A DNA stretch of 20,000 bases from Candidatus Lindowbacteria bacterium RIFCSPLOWO2_12_FULL_62_27 (lineage in GTDB: Bacteria; Lindowbacteria; 2-12-FULL-62-27): contig MFPR01000044.1 in the NCBI GenBank assembly GCA_001784175.1, positions 44,491 through 64,490 of the forward strand. Direction: 5' to 3'. The translations under genes were made by a program, and so were the position numbers. Of this stretch, positions 1 through 8,272 are shown piece after piece (the first letter of the stretch is position 1; every line of letters starts with the position of its first letter). Below the pieces are notes generated by a model, which saw only the letters and a list, made by a program, of their open reading frames with translations, did not search any database and was not told where the DNA came from.

Positions 1-513
1 CATACGGGCGAGGGGATATTTTTTACTTCTCGGGCGGCCGATTCGATGGAAATCATGAGTCACCAGATCGGCCTCACGTATGACAACCGGATCGACGACG
101 TGTTCGTCCGGGAAATCCGCCAGAAGCGCGGGACCCGCGTCGCCTTCGAAATCAGCCGGCGGTCGCGCAAAAAGCTTGAGACCGTCTTCGAGGCATTCGC
201 CGGCCGGCAGTTCGACTACCAGTTCGCCCGCACATCGGTCAGGGTCAAGCTTTTCAAGGGAACCGCAGACTTCTATGTCTCGCGGTCCGAGGCACGACGG
301 CTTCTTCATGGCCTGGACCGATTCAAGCACATCGTTCTCGATTTCAAGGGCATTCGCGGTATCGGCCAGGGCTTTGCGGACGAGCTCTTCCGCGTCTTCG
401 CCGCCCGACACCCCCGCATCGCCCTCGAACCGGTCCACGCAAACGCGGCCGTGGCGGCGATGATCCGGCACGCGATGAATCCCGGCGCCGTTCCCGGACG
501 GATCCGGAGGTAG
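1..513 (+). CDS. 5'-truncated HATPase-like + C-terminal STAS-like (DUF4325-type) protein
   Basis: Frame 1 is open from base 1 (HTGEGIFFTSRAADSMEIMSH...), so the ATG at 46 is internal. HxGEGIFFTSR resembles the G-box of this family, and the C-terminus VSRSEARRLL..L.RFKHIVLDFKGIRGIGQGFADELFRVF is STAS-like/DUF4325-like. Stop TAG 511-513. Confidence 0.75.
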   Translation, partial: HTGEGIFFTSRAADSMEIMSHQIGLTYDNRIDDVFVREIRQKRGTRVAFEISRRSRKKLETVFEAFAGRQFDYQFARTSVRVKLFKGTADFYVSRSEARRLLHGLDRFKHIVLDFKGIRGIGQGFADELFRVFAARHPRIALEPVHANAAVAAMIRHAMNPGAVPGRIRR

Positions 514-564
514 ATTGACAATTCTGACCGGAGGACTGGCATTTTCCGGTTCGGCCATGTATGC

Positions 565-578
565 TGTAAGCGTTTTCA
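565..578. promoter_or_regulatory. LacI-family / cre-like operator (TGTAAGCGTTTTCA)
   Basis: 14-bp imperfect palindrome with central CG matching the LacI/CcpA consensus TGWNANCGNTNWCA, in the intergenic region directly upstream of a sugar ABC operon. Confidence 0.6.
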
Positions 579-600
579 GCAGGCGTTGGTAAAATTAGGT

Positions 601-629
601 TTGACGCGCGACCGGCGCAGAGTCACAAT
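601..629 (+). promoter_or_regulatory. Putative sigma70 promoter of the sugar operon (-35 TTGACG, 17 bp, -10 CACAAT)
   Basis: TTGACG at 601-606 and CACAAT at 624-629 with a 17-bp spacer; AT-rich TAAAATTA tract at 590-597 just upstream in otherwise GC-rich DNA. Confidence 0.5.
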
Positions 630-684
630 CGGGCCCGGATCTGACGGACGGATGGTTCTCATCTCTCTTGTCGAGGGGTTGATT

Positions 685-2919
685 ATGCACGTTCTGCTCA
701 TCAGTCTCATCGGCCTTCTGGCCGCGTTTCCCGCCCATGGCGCCGAGCCTCCGGATGTCCTGCGCGTGTGGGCGATGGGGTTTGAAGGCAAGAAGATCGC
801 GGATGTCGCGAAGGAGTTCGAAAACGCCAACGACTCCCGCGTCAAGGTCGTCACCCAGGCGATCCCGTGGAGCGGGGCGCACGAGAAGATCATGACGAGC
901 GTCATCGGCGAGATTCCACCGGACGTGTGCCAGATGGGCACGACCTGGATGGCCGAATTCGCCACCATCGGCGCGCTTGAGCCGCTCGATGAGTTCCTCT
1001 CGCAATCCCGTGACGTCGACGTCTCGCGATTTTGGCCGGGCGCGCTCGAAACCAACCGCGTGCGCGGCCGGCTCTACGGCGTGCCCTGGTATGTGGACAC
1101 CCGCATTCTGTTTTACCGCGCCGACCTTTTGCGCGCGGCCGGCTTTGACAAACCGCCTGAAACCTGGGAGGAGCTTCTGGCCGTTTGCCGCAAACTGAAA
1201 AAGACCGGCCCGGATGACAAGCCCGAGCGCTACGGCATCGCGATGTCTCCGAACGACTGGGGCGAGTTTCTGCCCTTCTTCTGGCAGAACGGCGGCATGT
1301 TGCTGAACGACGAGATGACAGCGGCGGCGGTGGACCGCGAGACCTTCATCGAGTCGATGAACGTCTTCAAGACTTTTTTTGACGAGGAGCTTGCCCCGCT
1401 TCTGTCCCAGGGCGCCGGCATGGACCTGTTCCACGCCTTCAAGACCGGCTATTTCCCGATGTTTGTCAGCGGGCCATGGATGGTCTCCGAGATCAAGACC
1501 AAGATTCCCGAAGTCTCGGACAGTTTCGCCGTCGCGCCACGCCCCGGGAAGAAGAACCGGAAAAGTTTCATCGGTGGATGCAATCTGGTGACGTTCCAGA
1601 AGAGCCGGCAGAAAGCGTGGGCGCTTAAATTCATCGCCTACATGAGCCGGCCCGATGTCCAAGTACGCTGGTACGAGCTGACGTCAGATCTGCCGTCCGT
1701 CCGCGGAGCCTGGGACGCGGAGCCGCTCAAGAGCAACCGCCATCTCGAGGGATTTCATCAACAGCTCGAATGGACCCAGGCGCCGCCCAATCATCCGTCC
1801 TGGGAGGAAATGGCGCAGACCGTCATCATGCAGGTCCAGGAGAAAATCGTCAGGGGGAAAATCACCGTCGAGCAGGGATATCAGGAACTCGTCGACGGCA
1901 TCAACGGCGTGATCCAGCGCAGTTCCGCGCAGCAGAGCAACTCGCTGAAACTCGCCGTCTGCGGCGGCCTCGCCCTTCTCTTGATCCTGGCACTCGTCAT
2001 CTACTTCGTCACCGGCAAAGCCGAAACGGCGCCATCGAGCCAGACGCGGCCCGCACAGGCGGTCCCGTTTTTGTTTCCCGCACTGCTCCTCCTTTCAGTA
2101 TTCCTGCTCATCCCCATCATGGCCTCGCTCATCATGAGCCTGACCAACTGGGACATCTACAGCCTGATGCGCCTCAGCAACCTCAATCTGGTCGGGTTCG
2201 ATAATTACAGGAAACTACTGACCCAGGACGAGGTCTTCAAACGCTCGGTCCTCAACACCTTTGTGTTTGTCCTCGTCGCCGTCCCGCTCACGATCTCCGT
2301 CGCGCTCGGAATGGCGCTCGTGGTCAATTCGGCTCTGCTCAAATTCAAAGCATTTTTCCGCACGGGTTTTTTCATCCCGGTCATCACCACCATGGTGGCC
2401 GTGGCCGTGATCTGGCGGTGGCTCTACAATCCGCAGTTCGGCCTTTTCAATCTGGGGCTGGAAAAATTGGGGCTCCAACCCCAGAACTGGCTCGGTGAGC
2501 CGCATCTGGCCCTGCCGTGCCTGATCCTCATGGCGGTCTGGAAAAATTTCGGATACAACATGATCATTTTCATCGCGGGCCTCCAAGCCATTCCGCACGT
2601 CCTCTACGAGGCGTCCGACATCGACGGCGTCAATCCTTGGCAGAGGTTCCGGCACATCACGCTGCCGATGCTGAAACCGTCCATGATCTTCGTCTGCATC
2701 ACCACCGTGATCGGCTATTTCCAGTTCTTCGCCGAACCCTACATCATGACCGAGGGCGGGCCGAACAACGCGACCAATTCGATCGTGCTCTACACCTACA
2801 ATCACGCGTTCAAGTTCTACAACATGGGATACGCGTCGGCCATCTCGTATGTCCTCTTCATGATGACCCTGGTCTTCAGCCTGGCCCAGATCGCGTACGC
2901 GAAAAAATCGGAGGCGTGA
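685..2919 (+). CDS. CUT1 carbohydrate ABC transporter: extracellular solute-binding protein fused to MalF-type permease
   Basis: Likely start ATG 685 (GAGGGG SD at 673-678) giving signal peptide MHVLLISLIGLLAAFPAHG/AE. SBP motifs (VWAMG.EG, PDVCQMGTTWMAEF, GVPWYVDTRILFYR, FIGGCNL), then one linker TM helix, then a permease with EAA loop EASDIDGVNPWQRFRHITLPML and TEGGPNNAT. Confidence 0.9.
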   Translation: MHVLLISLIGLLAAFPAHGAEPPDVLRVWAMGFEGKKIADVAKEFENANDSRVKVVTQAIPWSGAHEKIMTSVIGEIPPDVCQMGTTWMAEFATIGALEPLDEFLSQSRDVDVSRFWPGALETNRVRGRLYGVPWYVDTRILFYRADLLRAAGFDKPPETWEELLAVCRKLKKTGPDDKPERYGIAMSPNDWGEFLPFFWQNGGMLLNDEMTAAAVDRETFIESMNVFKTFFDEELAPLLSQGAGMDLFHAFKTGYFPMFVSGPWMVSEIKTKIPEVSDSFAVAPRPGKKNRKSFIGGCNLVTFQKSRQKAWALKFIAYMSRPDVQVRWYELTSDLPSVRGAWDAEPLKSNRHLEGFHQQLEWTQAPPNHPSWEEMAQTVIMQVQEKIVRGKITVEQGYQELVDGINGVIQRSSAQQSNSLKLAVCGGLALLLILALVIYFVTGKAETAPSSQTRPAQAVPFLFPALLLLSVFLLIPIMASLIMSLTNWDIYSLMRLSNLNLVGFDNYRKLLTQDEVFKRSVLNTFVFVLVAVPLTISVALGMALVVNSALLKFKAFFRTGFFIPVITTMVAVAVIWRWLYNPQFGLFNLGLEKLGLQPQNWLGEPHLALPCLILMAVWKNFGYNMIIFIAGLQAIPHVLYEASDIDGVNPWQRFRHITLPMLKPSMIFVCITTVIGYFQFFAEPYIMTEGGPNNATNSIVLYTYNHAFKFYNMGYASAISYVLFMMTLVFSLAQIAYAKKSEA

Positions 2920-2923
2920 GATC

Positions 2924-3775
2924 ATGAAGGAAGAAACACGGGAACGCGTCGAAATGCGGTTTCGAACGATTTCGCTCTTTGTGTTTGTGATCTTCGCCAC
3001 CGCCATCACCCTGATGCCCTTCGCATGGATGATTTCGACGTCGTTCAAGCCGGAAGACAAGATTCTCACCAAAACGCCCGATCTGATCCCCGCCCTCGAT
3101 GTTTTCACCGATACGCACTATGTGAAACTCTTCGACCAGGTCAACTTCATGGGTCATTTCTTCAACAGCCTCATCGTCACCCTCGGCGTGACCTTCTTCA
3201 GCCTCGCCGTCAACGCCGCGGCCGCGTACGCGTTCGCCAAACTGCACTTCCCGAAAAAGGAGCGGCTCTTTGCGCTCCTCCTCATCACCATGATGATCCC
3301 GATGCAGGTCACGATGATTCCGAGTTTCATCATCCTGAAATACCTCGGGCTTCTCAACAGCTACGCCGGCCTCATCATCCCGGGCGGCGCCAGCGTCTAC
3401 GGGATTTTTCTCCTCAGACAATTCATGATGTCCATTCCCAATTCCCTCCTCGAAGCCGCGCGGATCGACGGATGCGGCGAGTGGACGATTTTCTGGAGAA
3501 TTGTCCTGCCGCTCTGCCGGCCCGTCCTCGCGACGCTCACGATCTTCACGTTCATCGGCGCATGGAACGATTTCCTCGGGCCGCTCATCATCCTCCTTGA
3601 AGAATCCAAGTACACGCTCCCCGTGGCCCTTGCGACCCTCAACGGCCAGTACGGCACCGAATGGGGACTCTTGATGGCCGGCAGCGTCATCGTCGTGGTG
3701 CCGGTCGTCATCGTGTTCCTTTTGGTCCAGCGGCATTACATCAAGGGCCTCATGGTCGGGGGTGTCAAGGGATGA
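2924..3775 (+). CDS. Carbohydrate ABC transporter permease (MalG-type)
   Basis: PFAWMISTSFK, multiple hydrophobic segments, EAA motif SLLEAARIDGCGEWTIFWRIVLPL, WNDFLGPL, and C-terminal QRHYIKGLMVGGVKG; GGAGG SD at 2910-2914. Confidence 0.93.
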   Translation: MKEETRERVEMRFRTISLFVFVIFATAITLMPFAWMISTSFKPEDKILTKTPDLIPALDVFTDTHYVKLFDQVNFMGHFFNSLIVTLGVTFFSLAVNAAAAYAFAKLHFPKKERLFALLLITMMIPMQVTMIPSFIILKYLGLLNSYAGLIIPGGASVYGIFLLRQFMMSIPNSLLEAARIDGCGEWTIFWRIVLPLCRPVLATLTIFTFIGAWNDFLGPLIILLEESKYTLPVALATLNGQYGTEWGLLMAGSVIVVVPVVIVFLLVQRHYIKGLMVGGVKG

Positions 3776-6183
3776 CCGGCGGGCGCTGCGCGGTCCGCGA
3801 GGGCCGGCTCGAAGTCGACGGGCGGCCGTTTTTTGTCTATTCAGGCGAAATCCATTATTTCCGCGTCGACCCCGCCGAGTGGCCCGACCGCCTGCGGAAG
3901 GCCAAACGCGCCGGGCTGAACACCGTCAGCAGCTACATTCCCTGGCGATGGCACGAGCGGACGGAGAAAAAATTTGATTTCACGGGCCGGACGCATCCGG
4001 CCAGAAACCTGGTCCGGTGGATGGACGAAATCGTCAAGGCCGGGCTTTTTTTCATCGCGCGTATCGGCCCCGTTTCCAACGCGGAACTCATCCGCGAGGG
4101 GTTGCCGGACTGGCTCATGGAAAAATACCACGAGGTCCATCTCGCCGGCCGGCCCCTGCCCGGCCTGCCGCATGTCACCATCGTCGCGTATCGCAGCCCC
4201 GTCTTCATCGAGAAAGTCTCCAACTGGTACCGCGCGCTCCTGCCGCGTCTTCTGCCGTACCACCACACCATGGGCGGGCCGATCATCCTCACGCAGATTT
4301 GCAACGAAATCGGCATGGTGCACTGGCTCAACCGCGCGGCCGACTACTCGCCGCGGGCGGAAAACGCGTGGCGGGAATTTCTCAAAAATAAATATGGAGA
4401 CATTTCCGAACTGAACCGCGCATGGGGCGGAACCGGATCGCGAAAACGCCGGTTGGGGTCTTGGAACGCGGTGCGCCAGCCCGCAGGCGCGTTGGAGCAA
4501 ACGCGCTGGGCGGAGGCCGCCGACTGGGCGCTGTTTTATCGAGACTATTATGCCGGCTATTTCGCCGCCCTCTCCGGGCAGGCGGCAAAGGAGGGCTTCA
4601 CCGGACCGTACATCGCCAACATTCCGCAGTTCTGGGATCATGACGTGCGCGGGCGCGGCACGCCCGCGCCGATGACGTCGTCGCTCTTTCGGGACTTCCA
4701 GAAAAAAACGCCGGCGCCCGTGCTCTTCGGCGGCGCCTACCAGATGCGCCGGCTCGACATCGACAATTTCCACGACATCGCGCTCGCCACCGAAAGCGTG
4801 AATCTCCTGCACCCCGACGGCGACGTGCCCTCCATCTGCGCCGAGCTTCAGACCGGCATCATGCGCGACCGGCCGCGGCTCTACGGGACCGACGTCGAAC
4901 TCAACCTCAAAACGTCGACGGCCCACGGGCTCGGCGGCGTCAACGGATACATGTTCTGCGCGGGTACGTCCACCGATGACATGGGGGCCTTCGGCCGGTA
5001 TCACGAATGGCAGGCGGCGGTCGACTCGAAAGGCGCCGCCCGGCCGCATTTTGCGGAGATGGAAAGGTTCGGCCGATGGGTGAAGACCGCCGGCCGGAAT
5101 CTGGCCGGATGGAAAAAATCGCCGGACGTGGCGCTGGGAATTTATCTTCCGTATTTTTCAACGGAGTACTGGAAGGGCGAATGGGTGGAACGGCTGGCGT
5201 TTCGCCGGGACCACTACTGGTTTGACGGGCTCGCCCGGTTGCTTGCGCTCAACAATTACAATTTTTCCTTCGTCGACATCTGCCGGTCCCTGGACATATC
5301 CACGCTCGTCGCGGCGCATCTTTCCAGAAGTCTCTGGGTCTTCACCACCGAATGTATGGACGCCGAAACGCAGCGCCGGCTCGTCGGTTTCGTCTCCGCC
5401 GGCGGAAGGCTTTTCATCGGGCCATGGATGCCCGCCTTTGATTTGACCGGCAAGCCCTGTTCGATTTTGTCCGAGGCCTTGGGCGTGAAACGCGTCGAGG
5501 TCCTTGAGGAAAAACGGGTGCGGATCAACGGCGGCGAGGGATGGTTTGACGGAAACCTCGTCTGCGCGCATTCCCCGGGGTCGGCTACGCTTCTCAAAAG
5601 CGCGGCCGGCCGGCCGGTGGCGTGGATCCGGAAGGCCTCGCGCGGCGCCCGGGGCGCGGCGCTTTTTTGCGGGATCCCCCTGCACCACACGTTCGATCCC
5701 GCCATCCCCATGGTCCGGCGTCTGGCGGAGGCGTTGGCGGGCGAGCCTCGTGTCCGGGCACAGTCGGATGCGGACCTCCCGCTCGTCTGGCGCGGAACCG
5801 ATCGTGAGGGGCTCTTGCTGGTCCCCAATTACCACGACCGGCCGGTCCGCGCGCGCCTCCGGATAAACTCGCCCGCATTTCACACGGATTGGCTGACCCT
5901 GCCCCCGCGCAAGGCATACTTTTTCCCGGTGAACTTTCCGCTGGACAACGGCCTGACGGTCACCGCGACCGGCGAGCTGCTTGACGTCAACCCGGCGCCG
6001 GGCGGCTGCACGCTGGTTTTCGATTTTCCGGCCGGCCGGAACCTGCTGGCGGTCGGCCGCAATCGCCGGCGCCTTGATTTCGTTTACGGCGTGCAGGACC
6101 GTCAGCGCTGCGATGTGAAGATTCGAATTCGAGCGGGAACAGATCAACCCCCTCTCCCCCGGAGGGGGAGAGGGTCGGGGTGA
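3772..6183 (+). CDS. Cytoplasmic glycoside hydrolase family 35 (GlmA-like GH35 with GH42-like insert/trimerisation region), beta-glycosidase or transglycosylase
   Basis: Start likely ATG 3772 (ATGA overlap with the permease stop). GH35 N-terminus SGEIHYFRV..EWPDRLRKAKRAGLNTVSSYIPWRWHE..FDFTG; GGPIILTQICNE (acid/base Glu 4306-4308); CAELQTG (probable nucleophile Glu 4843-4845); GH42-like FLKNKYGDISELNRAWG; no signal peptide. Confidence 0.85.
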   Translation: MTGGRCAVREGRLEVDGRPFFVYSGEIHYFRVDPAEWPDRLRKAKRAGLNTVSSYIPWRWHERTEKKFDFTGRTHPARNLVRWMDEIVKAGLFFIARIGPVSNAELIREGLPDWLMEKYHEVHLAGRPLPGLPHVTIVAYRSPVFIEKVSNWYRALLPRLLPYHHTMGGPIILTQICNEIGMVHWLNRAADYSPRAENAWREFLKNKYGDISELNRAWGGTGSRKRRLGSWNAVRQPAGALEQTRWAEAADWALFYRDYYAGYFAALSGQAAKEGFTGPYIANIPQFWDHDVRGRGTPAPMTSSLFRDFQKKTPAPVLFGGAYQMRRLDIDNFHDIALATESVNLLHPDGDVPSICAELQTGIMRDRPRLYGTDVELNLKTSTAHGLGGVNGYMFCAGTSTDDMGAFGRYHEWQAAVDSKGAARPHFAEMERFGRWVKTAGRNLAGWKKSPDVALGIYLPYFSTEYWKGEWVERLAFRRDHYWFDGLARLLALNNYNFSFVDICRSLDISTLVAAHLSRSLWVFTTECMDAETQRRLVGFVSAGGRLFIGPWMPAFDLTGKPCSILSEALGVKRVEVLEEKRVRINGGEGWFDGNLVCAHSPGSATLLKSAAGRPVAWIRKASRGARGAALFCGIPLHHTFDPAIPMVRRLAEALAGEPRVRAQSDADLPLVWRGTDREGLLLVPNYHDRPVRARLRINSPAFHTDWLTLPPRKAYFFPVNFPLDNGLTVTATGELLDVNPAPGGCTLVFDFPAGRNLLAVGRNRRRLDFVYGVQDRQRCDVKIRIRAGTDQPPLPRRGRGSG

Positions 6184-6188
6184 GGGGG
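6148..6188. repeat. REP/BoxC-like palindromic element (minus strand CCCTCACCCCGACCCTCTCCCCCTCCGGGGGAGAGGGG)
   Basis: Perfect 11-bp stem CCCTCTCCCCC (6150-6160), GGA loop, GGGGGAGAGGG (6164-6174), plus tail TCGGGGTGAGGG. Matches the widespread CCCTCACCCNNNCCCTCTCCCNNNNGGGAGAGGG repeat pattern. Confidence 0.75.
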
Positions 6189-6190
6189 AG

Positions 6191-8242
6191 ATGTCGGCCC
6201 TGAATCGCCTCCCTCACCAGCTTCCAACGAAACCTGCTTTCGGCCGGTGGCTGATCGTGGTGGCTGCCATGGGCCTCTTCGGGTGTTCGTCGCCGCCGCA
6301 GGCGCCGCAAAAACTGACGGCCCTGCCGGACACCCGGCTCAAAGGAGAATGGTACACGCTGTACCGTGAAACATTTGACACGGGCGCGATCGACTCCGCC
6401 TGGGAACAGTTTCAGGGACCCGATATTGCCCGCCTGGCCCCCGCGCCCGGCGGATGGTTCATGGCCAACGGCCGCCTCATCGGAAAAAGCTCTGTAGCGA
6501 TCGGACTGAAGAATCGAGTGCCCCTCGGCGGCGACATCGACATCACCCTCCGGTTCGCCCACCCGATTCAACTGCGCCGGTGGGGACTGGCCATCGGCAA
6601 GACGGGATTTCAGGACGGGTATGGCCTCATGGTGGACCGCGCGGAAATGCGGCTGACCCGAAACGGCCTGAGAAATCTCGCGGACGCCGCCGACATCGGC
6701 CGGCTGCCGCCCGCGGAATACGCCGAGTTGCGGCTGGTCCGGGAGGGCGGCCGAATCACGGTCCACGTGGACAACTTTGAGGCGATCAATTTTTGGGATT
6801 ATACACCGATCCTTTCGCCCGACGCGGAATCTTTGACGCTGGTCTGCGAGGAATCGAAACTTGAAATCATGGAACTGAAAATCCTCGGAAAAACGGTTCG
6901 GGAGCCTGACGCCGAAATTCAAAAAATGGCCGAAGATTTCCGGCAAGGGTCCGCCGCCCTGTTCCTCGACGGCCATCGCAGGCTCAAACGGCCTTCCCCG
7001 GATCAGCCGCGAATGGATGTCATGGCCCTGCAGGCCGCCTGCGCGCTGGAGGATTATGGCGCGCTGGAAAACGCGCCGAAAGACTTCCCCCATCTGCCGG
7101 ACGGGTTCACGGAATTTTTGCGGTTCCACGCGCTCACGCGGCTGGGCCGCGCGGCGGAGACGGAGGAACGGGCGCTCAAAGAATGGATGGCCGATCCGCA
7201 GACGCTCAAGAATCTCCGGCTGGTTTTGCTCGAAAAAATAGCGGCGGCCAGACTGAAAAACGACGCCGGTACCGTCGACTCGGTCTATGATCTCCTTGCG
7301 CGTCTCTTCAAGAACGCCCGGGAATTTCTTGTGCCGGTGCAGTTGGAACAGGTGATTGAACTGGCCAATGCGGGCCGCAGGGAAAAGTGTTACGAAATTC
7401 TGGAGGCGCTCACAGCCGGCGGGATGGCCGGACAAAAGCAGGACTTGGCGCGGATCGTCATCGCCCGGGCCTCCATCGCAAAACGGCTGGACGACCGCCA
7501 GACCTTTGAGCGCGTGTTCAAATTCGCGGGGGAGCAATTGAAGGGCGTTCCCGGCGGAATCAGCTGGCTGTATTTGCTCAAGGGCGAGTGGCTCATGAGC
7601 CGGGGCGAGCATGAGGAGGCGCTGGCATGGCTGGACAAGGTCATCAAGCTTTTCTCCAACGAGCCCGAACCTGTTCTGTGGGCGCATACCAACAGGGCAA
7701 AAATCCTGAGCAGGGAGGGAAGCCTCGAGCCGTTTCTGGCGGAGTTCCGGGAGGTCGCCGAAAACGACGCGTACCAGAAACCCGCCGCCATCGTCGAGGA
7801 GATTCTTCACCGGGCGGAGGAAAAAAAATCGCGCGCGGCGGAGGAGGTCGCCCTTCGGGCGCGGACCGGCATCCGGTCCATCACGGTCTCATCCGAGGAG
7901 GTCGGCTTGGGCGGGCCTTATGCCATGGTCGACGGCTCGCTCAAAACGCGGTGGGGATCGGAACACGGAATCGATCCCGGCTGGATCGTCATCGAATTTC
8001 AAACGCTTCATGAATTCAGCCGCATCACCCTTCACTGGGAAGTGGCGGCGGCCCGCGAGTACGATCTTCTGATCTCATCCGACGGCGCCCGCTGGGAAAC
8101 CGTCGCAACAGAATCGGCCGGCCTCGAAGGCGCCGTGCGGTCGTTCGAACTCGAGCGAAAAGTCGGCCGGTTCCTGAAAGTATGGATGAAGCGGCGCGCG
8201 ACGCAATGGGGGTATTCCATCTGGGAAATAGAGTGGTCATGA
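6191..8242 (+). CDS. Putative lipoprotein: N-terminal beta-sandwich-like region, central TPR-like helical region, C-terminal F5/8 type C (discoidin/CBM32) domain
   Basis: Hydrophobic stretch ending in lipobox LFG-C. Central helical repeats (LYLLKGEWLMSRGEHEEALAWLDKVIKLF). C-terminus VSSEE..AMVDGSLKTRWGS..WIVIEF..ITLHWE..AREYDLLISSDGARW..GRFLKV..WGYSIWEIE is typical of F5/8C. Confidence 0.75.
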   Translation: MSALNRLPHQLPTKPAFGRWLIVVAAMGLFGCSSPPQAPQKLTALPDTRLKGEWYTLYRETFDTGAIDSAWEQFQGPDIARLAPAPGGWFMANGRLIGKSSVAIGLKNRVPLGGDIDITLRFAHPIQLRRWGLAIGKTGFQDGYGLMVDRAEMRLTRNGLRNLADAADIGRLPPAEYAELRLVREGGRITVHVDNFEAINFWDYTPILSPDAESLTLVCEESKLEIMELKILGKTVREPDAEIQKMAEDFRQGSAALFLDGHRRLKRPSPDQPRMDVMALQAACALEDYGALENAPKDFPHLPDGFTEFLRFHALTRLGRAAETEERALKEWMADPQTLKNLRLVLLEKIAAARLKNDAGTVDSVYDLLARLFKNAREFLVPVQLEQVIELANAGRREKCYEILEALTAGGMAGQKQDLARIVIARASIAKRLDDRQTFERVFKFAGEQLKGVPGGISWLYLLKGEWLMSRGEHEEALAWLDKVIKLFSNEPEPVLWAHTNRAKILSREGSLEPFLAEFREVAENDAYQKPAAIVEEILHRAEEKKSRAAEEVALRARTGIRSITVSSEEVGLGGPYAMVDGSLKTRWGSEHGIDPGWIVIEFQTLHEFSRITLHWEVAAAREYDLLISSDGARWETVATESAGLEGAVRSFELERKVGRFLKVWMKRRATQWGYSIWEIEWS

Positions 8243-8272
8243 AGGAATCACATTCTTGAACGGGGGTGCGGC

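Noticed and set aside
515-552. Perfect TTGACA (515-520) and imperfect hairpin ACCGGA...TCCGGT after the DUF4325-type gene
   Set aside because: No good -10 at 16-18 bp from TTGACA; the hairpin is weak and lacks a following U-tract, so neither promoter nor terminator is supported.
586-684. ORF-track N-terminal extension of the SBP-permease gene (TTG start at 586)
   Set aside because: It overlaps the predicted promoter; ATG 685 has an SD and yields a clean signal peptide.
3661-3771. ORF-track N-terminal extension of the GH35 gene
   Set aside because: It lies inside the permease gene; ATG 3772 forms an ATGA overlap and GH35 similarity starts right after it.
5987-7810. 607-aa minus-strand ORF (and similar antisense ORFs at 595-1662, 3841-5049, 8402-9355, 9416-10495)
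   Set aside because: Antisense shadows of well-supported genes, expected in high-GC DNA; no recognisable motifs.
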